Of a stretch of DNA of 64,000 nt, positions 12,291 through 24,618 are shown piece after piece; within the stretch, counting starts at the first letter, position 1; the number at the start of each line of letters is the position of its first letter. Location of the stretch: NCBI GenBank assembly GCA_964188305.1, contig OZ076888.1, one strand, 5' to 3'. The DNA comes from Podarcis bocagei. Taxonomy: Eukaryota. Below the pieces are notes generated by a model. That model was not told the DNA's origin. It worked only from the letters and a program-made list of their open reading frames with translations, and searched no databases. The position numbers were made by a program, and so were the translations under genes.

Positions 12291-12494
12291 CAATGTAGTT
12301 GATCTTCATTTATCATATTTAGAAATGAGTCTTTCTTAGTGAATACAGGGGAATCACTCTCTTTTGGAAAGTTGTTGCCTTGCCTATCTTTGTGGTAGGA
12401 ATGCCTTTTTTAAATGAATGTTGTGAGTTAGTAAGGCAACTTACATTACATGCAGCAAACTGCCCTAATTTACCTGATATATGTAACCTGATAA

Positions 12495-12778
12495 GGGGTG
12501 CGGGTGGCGCTGTGGTCTAAACCTTTGAGCCTCTTGGGCTTGCCAATCAGAAGGTCAGCAATTTGAATCTGCAACGGGGTGAGCTCCCATTGTTCTGTCC
12601 CAGCTTCTGCCAACCTAGCAGTCCGAAAGCATACCAGTGCAAGTAGATAAATAGGTACTGCTGTGGCGGGAAGGTAAAAGGCGTTTCCATGCACTCTGGC
12701 ATTCGTCATGGTTCTCTGTGCACCAGCAGCAGTTTAGTCATGCTGGCCACATGACCTGGAAAGCTGCCTGTGGACAAA
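12495..12778 (+). mobile_element. Sauria SINE, 3'-truncated
   Basis: tRNA-like head gggtggcgctgtggtctaaacc, degenerate B box, SINE body. Confidence 0.9.
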
Positions 12779-14679
12779 AGTATCTCCATAGTTCAGATGG
12801 ATCACTGCTGCTGAGAGAGAGTGGCTTGTCCAAGGCTACTTAGGTCACAGTTCTATACACAGATGTAGAATGCCCCATTGAATGCAATGGATGATGACTG
12901 AACCAAAGTTCAGGAGTTATGCTTTGCCAGCAAATTCTAACATCTGTCTCTTCTGCAGCCCTTCTTCATCTTTTATTGACTTCTCTAATGTGGAAATAGT
13001 TTCCTGTGACATGGAGAAAAACTGAGAAGATCCCCAGCCTGGTTCTTCCCCCTGCCCCATATAAAGTGTTATACTACAACCCATACTATCACTCCTCACT
13101 GTTGACCATGCTCAAACTGTAGACCTCTAAACTTCTGGAGGACACCAGATTGGGGAAACCTGCCTTAGGTTACTTCTCTCCCCCTGGTGACTTTTGGCCT
13201 GGTTCAGATGTTTGCCTGTGTCTGTTTCCTAGTGGAAGTGCAGACATTCAGCAGCCCTTCCATCATGTTTGTAATGTACCATGGATACCTGCACATATAG
13301 AGGCACAATAGCATTTTTCTCTCCAAAATGGGAGTGACAGTGTTTTTTCATTAAAAGAAAACAAGATTTGCCATTCAATAGAGAATAAGTATTGAATAGC
13401 TTAAATTTTAAAGCACTTCCCTGGGAGTAAGCTTGGTGGACTTTTAGGAGAATTGCTTCTAAATAGACATTCATCTGTAAATGTTGGCAGAAGTTGTGTA
13501 TTTGAAAATTATTATACAATGGAAAAAAGGGGGCAATGATCACTCACATTAAAATTCAGTGGTGGTGTGCTATTTGCTGCAGGGGCAATTGATGTCATAA
13601 GGACATGTTAATTCTTCTCATATTATTGTAGGATAGTAAATGAAATCGGAGATAAATGTTTTTTGTTATAAATATATATCTTAATAAATCTTTTAAAGTA
13701 CAAGGCATAAATACTTTAACTTTATCTTATATGCTCTTATGTTGATTTTAATGTTCTTTTTCCAGAAAAAGTAGTTTTCATTTTAAAAATCTGGAAGCAT
13801 TTTTTTGTTCTCTGTATGCTAATTTAAACAACAATCTGTGTGCTCAATAAAGAAAGGGATTTTTAGGCACAACTGCAGTTACTAGAAGTAGTTTCTATAT
13901 GTGGAAACAGAAAATTTAATTATTGGGAGTAGCAGTTCTGCAGTTGCTAGAATTAATTGCCACCCACGGAAGGAGAAAACAAATGCCCTAAGCCATTTAC
14001 ACAATCAGCAAAACAAATAAGGTATTTCAACCAGTAGTATTTGAATTATTTGTCTACTCGTTCACAAAGAGGAAGGTCTGCTTCCCAGTGGCAGAATTAT
14101 TTAAGAGCAAAAAAGGCACTTTCTACTTCCTCTTTCCACTCACAAGATGGGTGAACATGATGGTTGGTGCACACAGATGAAGAGTGGCTGATTAGTGAAG
14201 TTGTGTAAGTAGCAGTGACAAGGCATAAAATTCTAGCCTAGTGGTGCAATATGATAAGGAAACATTGTTGAGTCTTTAAATAGTGTCAAGATTAAGTACT
14301 TAACAGTGCAATCCTATACACACCTACCTTTTGTTTACGTAAGACCTTTTGTAATTCCACATTACAAATTCCACATTTTGTAACATTCATTACTATAGTT
14401 CAATCTAATCAAGAATATCTTCATACAGATCTTGTTAAATTTGTCCAGTAATAACCCTACCTTGGTTTCCTGAGATGCTTCTAGTTCTTCCCCTTTACTG
14501 ACCAGTTCTGTATCTAATTAAAACAACGTTTGGTGTGTAAAACTGCAGAAGTCAGGCAAATAGGTCAGTACTGTAATCTCACAGAAAATAGAAAACATTG
14601 AGAGCTTAGAACATTAATTTTCAAAAGCAAATTATGTATCCAGCAAAATAGTTCTACTAGTAGAAGGACTTTTAACTAT

Positions 14680-14815
14680 GCAACAGAACTTCCCCCCTCT
14701 TTCCCTGTGCACCCTCTAAATCTGTTCTGGAGATTTCCTCAACCATTTGGAGCAGGTTTCTGGGGTCCATGGGGGAGAGATGAGGGCAGGAAAGTTCCAC
14801 TGCTCAGCTAAAATT
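14680..14815. repeat. Degenerate palindromic MITE-like repeat; related copies at ~14990-15130, ~38730-38850 and ~60800-60920
   Basis: Pyrimidine arm + aaatctgttctgga...tggagcaggttt + purine arm, recurring in the window. Confidence 0.4.
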
Positions 14816-15829
14816 CTTTATGCTAGAAGAAATGTAGGATGCCACTCATTCTGTATAAAAAGGATTGAGCATTCTTTTGCTGTATATTCTGTGTGCAACA
14901 GAATGGTTAATATTGTACAATTATGGTTATGTGTCTTCTGAAAAGGCTCAGGGAAGAATTCAACGTTGTGCTAAGCAGAACACTCCATCAGAGCAAGCAA
15001 TTCTGTTTGCTTGATGGAATAATTTGCCCTTTCCTTCCCGCCTAATGTGCTGTTCCAGGAGTTCCTCCATACCAGGGGGAGGAGAAGGGGGGAAGCCGTA
15101 TTGTGCTAGCAGATGTCCTTGTGTGGGCTTCCCCTGGCAGGACTACTTAGATGAATCTCTTCTTCCTGCACCATCCATGTAAAATTTAGTTGCTCACACT
15201 GCTTTAAATCCCCAGATTGCTTTTAAGAAAAACTTTGCAGTAGATTAATACAGAAATCAAGAAAAGGGAGGTATGAGTATCTATCTTCTTGATGTTTTGT
15301 CCACAGAGCCTCACTTACAGGGTCATAAATATTGAAATTAGTTGTTATGTGCACAACAGCTGGAAAGTGGTGTAATCTAGTGGTGCTTGAAATTTTACTT
15401 TTCAAAATCCCTATCAATTGAACTTAAGACACAAAGTAATAGCCAGCTGTCTGGCACAGAGCAAATGGAGCCACACCTATATTGAAAAACAGGCTCTTCC
15501 CTCACATACTTGAATACATTCTACTTGAACTGGCACGGAACCTGACGATTGGCATTTAAAAGCAAAAGGTGGCAGAGCGGCTTTTAAACTGATTGTGGGG
15601 GGGGGGGGAAGCTGACAGGAACAAAACAGGGTCTGGTTCAGAAGAAGTGTTCCCTTCCCCACCAGATGAAGGAAAAAAATATGATTTAAATAGGGGAGGG
15701 GTAGAACTAAGCGTTAAGAGGGCAGGGGGCACATGGCTGACATTTCTGACTTACTAAATGATGTAGCATAAAACACACATGCCAGAAGATACTTGGAGAG
15801 AGAGAGTGGCTATATTTGTGTGTTTATGT

Positions 15830-16250
15830 GCTAATGCTACTAGACACCTCTGAGCCAAGATGGGCAAACTGGAGTGTTTGATCTTAGAGGACAGCATTGA
15901 TATAGTGGGCATAATGGAAACCTGGTGGAACGAAGAGAAACCAGTGGGACATGGTTATTTCTGGATATAAACTCTACAGCAAGGACATCATGGAGGTGGC
16001 ATCACTGTACACCGGGCATAGAGTCCCCAAGCTAGAAATCCCCAAAGGGGCAGAATCCTCCACACAGCTGCTGTGGTTGATTATACTTGGCCCCAAAAGT
16101 GGGCTTTACTATATCTTGCCACTGATCAAAATGTGAAGATGATAGTGAGATGGAGAATGAAATCAAGGAAGCATCCAAAAGAAGAAAGTGCTGTAGTAAT
16201 GAGTAACTTTGGCATATATGTAGGTGGACAATTGCCAAGGAAGTCCAACA
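15830..16250 (+). mobile_element. CR1 LINE ORF2 endonuclease remnant
   Basis: Reads MGKLECLILEDSIDIVGIMETWW...WDMVISGYKLYSKD (AP-endonuclease N-terminus) with frameshifts. Confidence 0.75.
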
Positions 16251-17804
16251 CGATCACATTTGACTTTAAAAGAGGGAACATCCTGTAGCCAGCAGGATGG
16301 CCACTGTGAGAATAGGATGCTAAGCTAGATGTGCTGCTCAAAATTAACAGCAGTGTCATTTTTGGGAAACTTGAAATCCAGGATGCAAAGATCCTCTTTC
16401 ATGATGTTAGAACTTGTGGATCTCCACTGAAGCTGAATGCTAATAGTAGCTAGACTAAAGAGATATTTATTTTCAAGACTGAAATAATAAGTCTGTTCTG
16501 AAATGCTTAAAGTAGAAAAGAGTTGGGGAAAGTATACTATTGCTAATTCATTTGGTTTTATATAGTAATGTTGAGTTTTCAGAAACTATGTTTTGTTTGA
16601 CCTAGCTAGCTGTTTCTATTTTAGGTTGCAGTCTGAGTAGCGACCTGATTCTGTACTAAGACCAGGGTAATGTTTTATTCAATACAAGAAAATGGAAAAT
16701 CTGGCAAGAACTGAGATCCTTGTGTCAATGGTTTTATTTAGCTCTTTCTGCTGTAGCTACTGTCAATAGCAAGATAAAGCTGATGACAGAAAACAAGGGA
16801 TTTACTATTCATTATTCATAACTTGCTAAAGGCTTAAGAATATAAAGGATATCATGTGATTCTTTTTGTAGGCCATCCATTGTTTAAAATATAGCTGTTG
16901 AGCAATAAATTGGATGAAACTTCTTGTTTAAAAAATGTATGTGACATTGATCCATTGCTGTATCAAAATGAATTTGATAGTCTTAATGATATATATATTA
17001 TATTTCAAGCATATAACCTAGTATTAAACATGTTTTAATACTTCAAAGTATAGCCTTTAATAACTAATTCAAGGGTGTTATTTTGCAAGATTGTAAAGTC
17101 ATTTTTTCCTGTCATCCAAATGAACTTTAGACCTCTTGGGGTGTCAGGTTGCCCCAGGGCATGTCACAACTTTATCTGTGTGGCCCAGTTTTGCACTCAT
17201 TAACAGTTCAGAGGTAGCCATCATACATTGTAACTTGAGCAAGCTATGAAATTTGTCATGTATGTGTCTTCTAGGTAAAAGAGTTGATATACCAGTCTGA
17301 TATTATTTTTGGTTGAAAACACTACTCAAATTTCAGTGCGGATGTTTAGTAGTTTCTGCATTTGCGACTTTATTTCTGTTTTGCTTTTTGATGTGTGTGT
17401 GTGTATCTATGTGTAGAAATTCCAGTTCTTCTGTAATAGTGAAAAGAAAGATGGAATTGTTGTTGAACTTATTTCCTGTATGCATTTTTTTTAAAGCTCG
17501 GATAAATGCTTTTCTATTGCCATGTAGTCCCAATATCTTACCACTGTCTCATCGTTGCTTTTTGGGGGGAGAGGGTTGCCTAAGTAATGGAAAGTTGAAA
17601 GTAAACAGGGAATACAGTTTGTTAGATGTGAATACAACACACACACACACACACAAATAGTGGACAGAGCTGTAGTGAAATAAAGGTAGTAATGCTAAGA
17701 TTGGGTACATAAGATAGAATACACCATAGAAAGAGTATATGTTAATTTTTGTTAGGGGACTTTCCCAAGATAATTTGTTGATTGCCAAGTCTGAAGCTAT
17801 TGAG

Positions 17805-18056
17805 CATGGGTAGGCAAACTAAGGCCCCAGGGGCTGGATCCAGCCCAATCGCCTTCTCAATCCGGCCCGCAGACAGTCCAGGAATCATCGTGTTTTTCCG
17901 TGAGTAGACTGTGTCCTTTTATTTAAAATGCATCTCTGGGTTATTTTTGGGGCATAGGAATTCGTTCATTACTTTTTTAAAAAAGATAGTCCGGTCCACC
18001 ACATGATCTGAGGGATGGTGGACTGGCCTACGGCTGAAAAAGTTTGCTGGCCCATG
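17805..18056. mobile_element. hAT-type non-autonomous transposon
   Basis: TIRs catgggtaggcaaact / agtttgctggcccatg, imperfect 8-bp TSD ctattgag / ctattcat; same family inverted at 33153. Confidence 0.8.
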
Positions 18057-19736
18057 CTATTCATGAATTTATAAAATTCCTAAAAGCCACATCAGCTGGT
18101 GCTGCTTACTTTAAAATATTTAAATCTTTATTTGAATAAACTCTGGAAATCCTGTGCCAAACGGTTTATAACAATGGTAAATAACGCTTGTGCAGGGGTG
18201 TCCCATCAGATCTTGTTGGTTTGCCTCCATTATTCTGAGCCTGGTGGCAGGCACCAAAGTGGTTCAGAACAGTAAGTAGGAATGCAGACCTATTTTCTAT
18301 GCTGTAGTTTGAGCTGAAGAAGTAAAGGCCTTATACCACAAGCAGAAGTCTGAGGTTCATTGGAAATGTATTTGTTTGCAGAAAAATGTGTTTAATTGTT
18401 AAAGCACCCAATTGGTATGCATGCTGCTTCAGAAAATAGATGAATTTCAAGATGAAAGATTTGATCAGTCCACCCTGCCTTCAATTTAAGATTCAATTTT
18501 GATTATCTTCCCAGTAAATTGTCTACTGTTGTTTTTGCTCCTGATACAACTATTTGTGTATCTTTCCTGGATGAGGATGGGTTTTTTGTGTTTGCGTTTC
18601 TGAGATGCCCTGAGAATGCAAATTAGCCATTGAAAGGCAGGATAAGTATTTTGGAAATACGAAATACGATTATTTTCTGCCCTATCATGTGATTATAAAT
18701 ATAGAATAGATTAAAATAGTTTACATTTAATAAGCATTTATTCATTTCTATGCAGGATTTTTTGAACACAATCAGCCAGAAATGTTTCCTGTGCAAATGT
18801 GGGAAAGTTGTAATTAACTGTACAGTTTCTTTGTGGATTTACTTTCCTATTCTGAACTCTAGATCATTCTGCTCGTCCTGAATAACATTTAATAGTTGTA
18901 GTTCTTAGAAATTTTTGTATTTATTTATTTACTGTATTTATTATATTCTGCCCAGTAACAATATTCTTGACGGAAGTAAGAAATGAAGTGAATGAAGGTA
19001 GAATTCTGCTTAGTTGCAGTGCTATAGCTATGTAGATTTGACATGATAAGAATAATGGAATTTTCTCTCTCTCCATATTGGAAAAGGAAATGTATGTCTC
19101 TTTTGCTGTGCATTTTCTGTATAGTGCTGTGATTACAATTGATTGTGGAAAGCAAAGGGCTCTACAGACTTAGATATATTTATAATGCAATCACTCCATT
19201 ATCTGAACAGGAGGGGAAAGATCAATTGCAAGAGGGCAATTTTCCCTTCGCTAGATTACTGTCAAACACATTTATAACTAAAAATAAAATAATCAATCTA
19301 TAAGAGAATTACGTGTATTTCCTTCCTTAATTTTACAATCACATTTTTCTTTATTTGTAAGTGTTGCCAGGATGTAAACATTCCCTATTCAGGAAAGACC
19401 AAAATATCAATATTATATGTAGAATAATTTGTTCATTTGTTGGAATACATTAACTTTATGAATAAAGCAAAAAATTGCAAATGGACCTCAATTACTTCAG
19501 ACACGAATGATGCAAAATATGATTTTAAGAAATGGCATTGGGATTAAGCACACACATTATTATTTTTTAAATCTAGCTATTAGAATATGGTGTTGATGAA
19601 TTTGAGTTAGTAGCACTGCATTTAGGAAATGCCCTTTCTAGGTAAACAAGTTAGCAATAAAATGGTTGGGGGGATTTTATTCTTACGATATTGACAGCTA
19701 AAGCTTTCTGATGTGTCACTTGTGCTTAACTTTCAG

Positions 19737-19939
19737 GAGTTGTTGGGTGTGTTTTGCAACTGATGAGGATGACAGAACAGCAGAGTGGGTGAGACCATGC
19801 AGGTGTAGAGGCTCTACGAAATGGGTTCACCAAACTTGTCTACAGCGCTGGGTGGATGAAAAACAGAGAGGGAACAGTACAGCTCGTGTTGCCTGTCCTC
19901 AGTGCAATGCAGAATATTTAATAGTATTTCCAAAACTAG
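19737..19939 (+). CDS. MARCHF5: MARCHF5 exon 2 (RING-CH domain)
   Basis: SCWVCFATDEDDRTAEWVRPCRCRGSTKWVHQTCLQRWVDEKQRGNSTARVACPQCNAEYLIVFPKL; tttcag / gtaag boundaries; 203 nt. Confidence 0.98.
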
Positions 19940-20683
19940 GTAAGATGCGCATGTGAAACTTCCATGAAGAGTGGGTTGCGGGGAGCACACAACTGGAATA
20001 TTATTATATTACCACCATTACTACTAAAAAATTCCTTCCAGTAGCACCTTAAAGACCAACTAAGTAATTACTACTAATATTAACCAGGGGCTCCATCCCT
20101 GCTTGCTCAGCTCCTCAACCCCCTCACCCTCCCTCGGCAACTCTGCATCTTTTACACCTCACCCCTAACCCTCACAGCTCCTTCCACCCACATGCTGCCC
20201 ACCTGTCAATCACCTTATGCCATATTGATGTCAAGGGGTGCTTCACTTTGAAGCCCCAATTGTCGGGATTTCAAAGTGGACCACAGGGATTTAAAACCAT
20301 ACTTTGTAAACATCCTCATGAGTCCTTTTAAGCCTCAGTGGGGGCTTGAAGGAGATGTGTGGGGCTGGGTGCGAACTCCCATCTGCCTATAAGCAATGCA
20401 AACTGTAGAGGGTGGTGACATTTTACATTCTTATGTAATAAGGAAGATCTCATCATTTGCCTTATGCACAATTGTCTCAAGGTGATGTACAGTGATGCAA
20501 GGGACAGTGTAACATTCAGGGTTGGATTTTGTTCTATTATTATCCTGCCCTGAGATTCTCAGAGCAGCTCATAGCATCCAATCGTAAAAGACAGTGATAG
20601 AGTTCATAGAGGTAGTGCCATGCTATATACTCTTTTAATTCATCATCTCTGCTACAAAACTTTATTTCTCCTTTATGTTATAG

Positions 20684-20814
20684 GTCCAGTTGTTTATGTC
20701 TTGGACCTGGCAGATCGCCTTATCTCAAAAGCCTGTCCGTTTGCTGCAGCTGGAATAATGGTGGGCTCTATCTACTGGACAGCTGTCACTTACGGAGCAG
20801 TAACAGTGATGCAG
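20684..20814 (+). CDS. MARCHF5: MARCHF5 exon 3
   Basis: GPVVYVLDLADRLISKACPFAAAGIMVGSIYWTAVTYGAVTVMQ; 131 nt; AG/GT boundaries in phase. Confidence 0.98.
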
Positions 20815-22555
20815 GTTCAGATGCACTTTCTAAATGTTACATTATCTTAATCAAGCTGCAAACTTCTAGACAGTTGCTGAAGAAGTTTGTTTGGTTTTTT
20901 GTAAGGAAGAAAATTCCGTGAGAGGATTGGAAAACACAGTTTACAAGAGCGTGACTCCATATTCTTCTTTCCTTACCCATGTGGTGGTTTTTCCTTACCT
21001 GCCTTGCTATTTCATGTAACTCTGTGCTTACAGATTGACAAATCCCATCTAACAGGCACAGCTGTATTCAGCTCCTCCCTCTACACACACAAGCATCTGT
21101 TTGAATGAATTTCATCATAAATATCCTGCAAAGCCTCACATCTGTCCATTTCTGCCTGTGTCTGTATTTCTCTGCATATGCCCACTTGTACTTGTGCTTT
21201 TCTATTCATTAACAAGCTCTGCTAAACTATATGGGAGCCACTGCGGCTATTTGGATGAGAAACAGATAATTCCTGTTGCTTCTACCTACGATCTGAGATT
21301 TCTCTCTTGCTTTTCTCATGCTCACCATGATTCTCTCGCTGCTTGTTGCTCACCTTTCCCATTTTGGGGGGGTGAGGGTCAGGGGAAGGAAGCAGTCACT
21401 GTTTCACCATAAAGCTTATTGGATGACCTTGGGCCAGTTATTCTTGCTTGGGCTAGCCTTCCCCCTGTTGTGATGATAAAATGCTTGTGTATTCTGTTCT
21501 TCAAGGAAAGCTGGGAAACAGGTGAAATAAATACCTAGTTGAGAGCAAAGGGAGAATACTCAGAGCAAGCCCTCAGCCTGGATATAGACTTCCTATATAG
21601 TTTCAATGAACAAGTTTGTTCTCAGCCTCTTCCCAATTTTTCATCTTTTCTGTCTAGAGGAATACTTGGAGGAAAGATACAAGCCAGGACTCATTTTTGA
21701 TGCGCTCCTACCTTTGAGTATAGATATGGAGTCATTGCAGTACCTTCACCATCCATCTGTTCACTTTATATATAGTACTTGAAGCAGGCTTTTGACAACT
21801 GCACAGATGTGCTCAATGTACTATTGCTGTCATAACAGTTTTCAATTATTTATAGATTGTGGTTATTTATCAGCACAACTGTGGATTGAAAAATATCGGA
21901 CATTTTAAAAAGTTAGCTTTACTCATGGGTTCTGTTCTTGATACATAGTTCTAGGAACATCATTTTTGAGTAGCATATATATATAAAAAGCATTTATTTT
22001 GAAGTTTTTGTGGAGTAGCGCTCTTTCTTGACTGCAACACTCCTCATGACTCATATCAAGATGCTTTTGGATATATATAGCAGAATTAATACTGAAAACA
22101 GCTGCTTAAAAATACTTCCTTGTTTCAGATCTAGTCCATTTCAGATATGTATCTATATCTTTTTAAAATGGTTTGTCAGGTTTCAGTTACAAGATTGTTT
22201 CCTGTGCTGCCAAACTCATATGCAATAATTACGTATACTCAGAAACAGGATTATTTGACTTGATGGTGCAGTGGTTCTAAATGGATATCTAGCCTAAGAG
22301 AGACAAACAGTTGCCTAATCGTATGAGTTGCTCACCAGCCGAGAAGGTCTGGCACTCTGATCTCGGTGTGCAAGAGAAGCTAATAGCACTACTATAAGTG
22401 TACAGGGCAGTGGCATGTAGGTTCTCTGGATGGTGGTTCAAATTAGGTTGTTCTTTAGTTGTAGCTCCTGAAGTCAGGCCATTGTAAAGTAGCCACATTA
22501 TCTATATTTAGAATGGTGCTGTGCTTAATGTAATAATGTGTTTTTTATTCATCAG

Positions 22556-22739
22556 GTTGTGGGTCATAAAGAAGGCCTCGATGTTATGGAAAGAGCTGAT
22601 CCTTTATTCCTTTTAATTGGACTTCCCACCATCCCAGTTATGCTTATATTGGGAAAGATGATTCGCTGGGAAGACTATGTGCTTAGATTGTGGCGAAAAT
22701 ATTCTAACAAACTACAGATTCTGAACAGCATATTTCCAG
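22556..22739 (+). CDS. MARCHF5: MARCHF5 exon 4
   Basis: VVGHKEGLDVMERADPLFLLIGLPTIPVMLILGKMIRWEDYVLRLWRKYSNKLQILNSIFP; 184 nt. Confidence 0.98.
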
Positions 22740-23167
22740 GTAATGCTACCAAAATTTGAGTAGAATATCTAGACTTGGCTGTTTCTGTGAGGAAGGGTGG
22801 TAAGATAGATTTTAGTATCCAAAATACAGCACTTCTCTTTTTCTCTCCTTGGTGCTAAGTAAAAAGACATTGTCCAGCACAATATTTGGTTAGAGGAGTT
22901 CCATCTCCCAAATGCAGCTTGCAAGAAGGTATTGCAGTATAAAGACTAAAAACAGTGTAATTGTGAGCAGCACTTTCTAATCTGTGAAACTAGAAGTAAA
23001 TGCCATAAATAATTTTATTAGAATGTGTTGTAGTACATAAGTTTTCTGGCTAGGAGTACTCAAAACCATTAAATCGAAGAGCTAATTGGAATGGAGAGGT
23101 TAAATTTGTAATACAAATCTGGTTTAGTGCACTCTAATTCTTGGTTAGCAATGGCATTTTTCTTTAG

Positions 23168-23334
23168 GGATTGGATGTCCTGTTCCTCGTATTCCAGCTG
23201 AGGCCAACCCTCTGGCAGATCACGTCTCTGCTACTCGTATTCTCTGTGGAGCTCTTGTCTTTCCCACTATTGCTACGATAGTTGGCAAGTTGATGTTCAG
23301 CAGTGTTAACTCTAATCTTCAGCGAACAATTTTG
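23168..23334 (+). CDS. MARCHF5: MARCHF5 exon 5
   Basis: GIGCPVPRIPAEANPLADHVSATRILCGALVFPTIATIVGKLMFSSVNSNLQRTIL; 167 nt. Confidence 0.98.
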
Positions 23335-23488
23335 GTAAGACTGTGTAAAGTTTCCTTTATAGAACTAGATTGGCAGACGTGTAGGAGATTTGGCTTCTCT
23401 CTGCATATTTTCACCTTTGTTGTACTTCTGTCAAGTAACACGCTTGGTGTATTTAGTTACATTTACTGTTACATAATATCAGTTAAAA

Positions 23489-23839
23489 GGGCGTGGGTGG
23501 CGCTGTGGGTTAAACCACAGAGCCTAGGACTTGCCATTCAGAAGGTTGGGGGTTCAAATCTCCGCGACTGGGTGAGCTCCCATTGTTCGGTCGCTGCTCC
23601 TGCCAACCTAGCAGTTCGAAAGCACGTCAAAGTGCAAGTAGATAAATAGGTACCACTCCGGCAGGAAGGCAAACGGTGTTTCCGTGCGCTGCTCTGGTTC
23701 GCCAGAAGTGGCTTAGTCATGCTGGCCACGTGACCTGGAAGCTGTACACCGGCTCCCTCGGCCAATAAAGCGAGATGAGTGCCGCAACCCCAGAGTCGGC
23801 CACGACTGGACCTAATGGTCAGGGGTTCCTTTACCTTTT
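23489..23839 (+). mobile_element. Full-length Sauria SINE with 15-bp target-site duplication
   Basis: Pol III A box tggcgctgtgg and B box ggttcaaatc, acctt tail; TSD taatatcagttaaaa at 23474-23488 and 23840-23854. Confidence 0.95.
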
Positions 23840-24501
23840 TAATATCAGTTAAAATATTCAGATAGCATTTATATGGCACTTTGGAGTTCCAGTAGGTCCT
23901 ATTGCATAGGGTCTGGGGGATAGTGGTGGTGCTTGGGGTCCAAGGATACTTTCTGGACTTAACTGCACATGATGTCCCATATAGCATTAGGTATGGAGCA
24001 GGTGGGTGGGTTGTTGTTTTTTTTAGGAAACGGCCTTGTGAGCCAAATTGGGACATGCTGGAGGTGTCCCACCCTTGCTCTAGGATTGCATTCACACAAT
24101 CCTGTGAACCATGGACTGAAGGACTGGGCATGAGCTGTGAAGGATTGAACATCCTCCTCTTCTCTTTTGTGTCAGTGGCCCCACCCACCTGTCAAAATGG
24201 CCCATGGGGTGTGTGTGAGAAGGTTGAGATTCAGCCCTAGAACAAACCATAACCCTCCCCTCCCCATTTAAGTGAATGAAAACTTTCAAAAGAATGTGCA
24301 AACTCAGCATAGAAACATTAGATTACCCCCATTGTGACAGGGAAATGTATGCTTCGGGTTTTAGTACAGAATTGCTCTAATTAGCCGAACTTCAAAGGAA
24401 ACGGGGCTTGACAATCCCGTGTGTGTATGTAACCATTAAAAAATATATTAGGTGTTAAACATGTTTTGTCAGTTTTGAATAATTGTTCCCTTTTATTTTA
24501 G

Positions 24502-24618
24502 GGCGGAATTGCTTTTGTTGCTATAAAAGGAGCTTTCAAGGTCTATTTCAAACAGCAGCAATATTTGCGACAAGCTCATCGGAAAATTTTAAACTATCCC
24601 GAGCAAGAAGGTGCATAA
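24502..24618 (+). CDS. MARCHF5: MARCHF5 exon 6 (last coding exon, stop TAA); total CDS 846 nt = 281 aa mitochondrial E3 ubiquitin ligase
   Basis: GGIAFVAIKGAFKVYFKQQQYLRQAHRKILNYPEQEGA*. Confidence 0.98.
   Translation, partial: GGIAFVAIKGAFKVYFKQQQYLRQAHRKILNYPEQEGA

Noticed and set aside
23538-24188. 216-aa minus-strand ORF (longest unassigned ORF)
   Set aside because: About half is antisense Sauria SINE, and the same peptide recurs at 7453 and 40099; no splice or protein-family signal.
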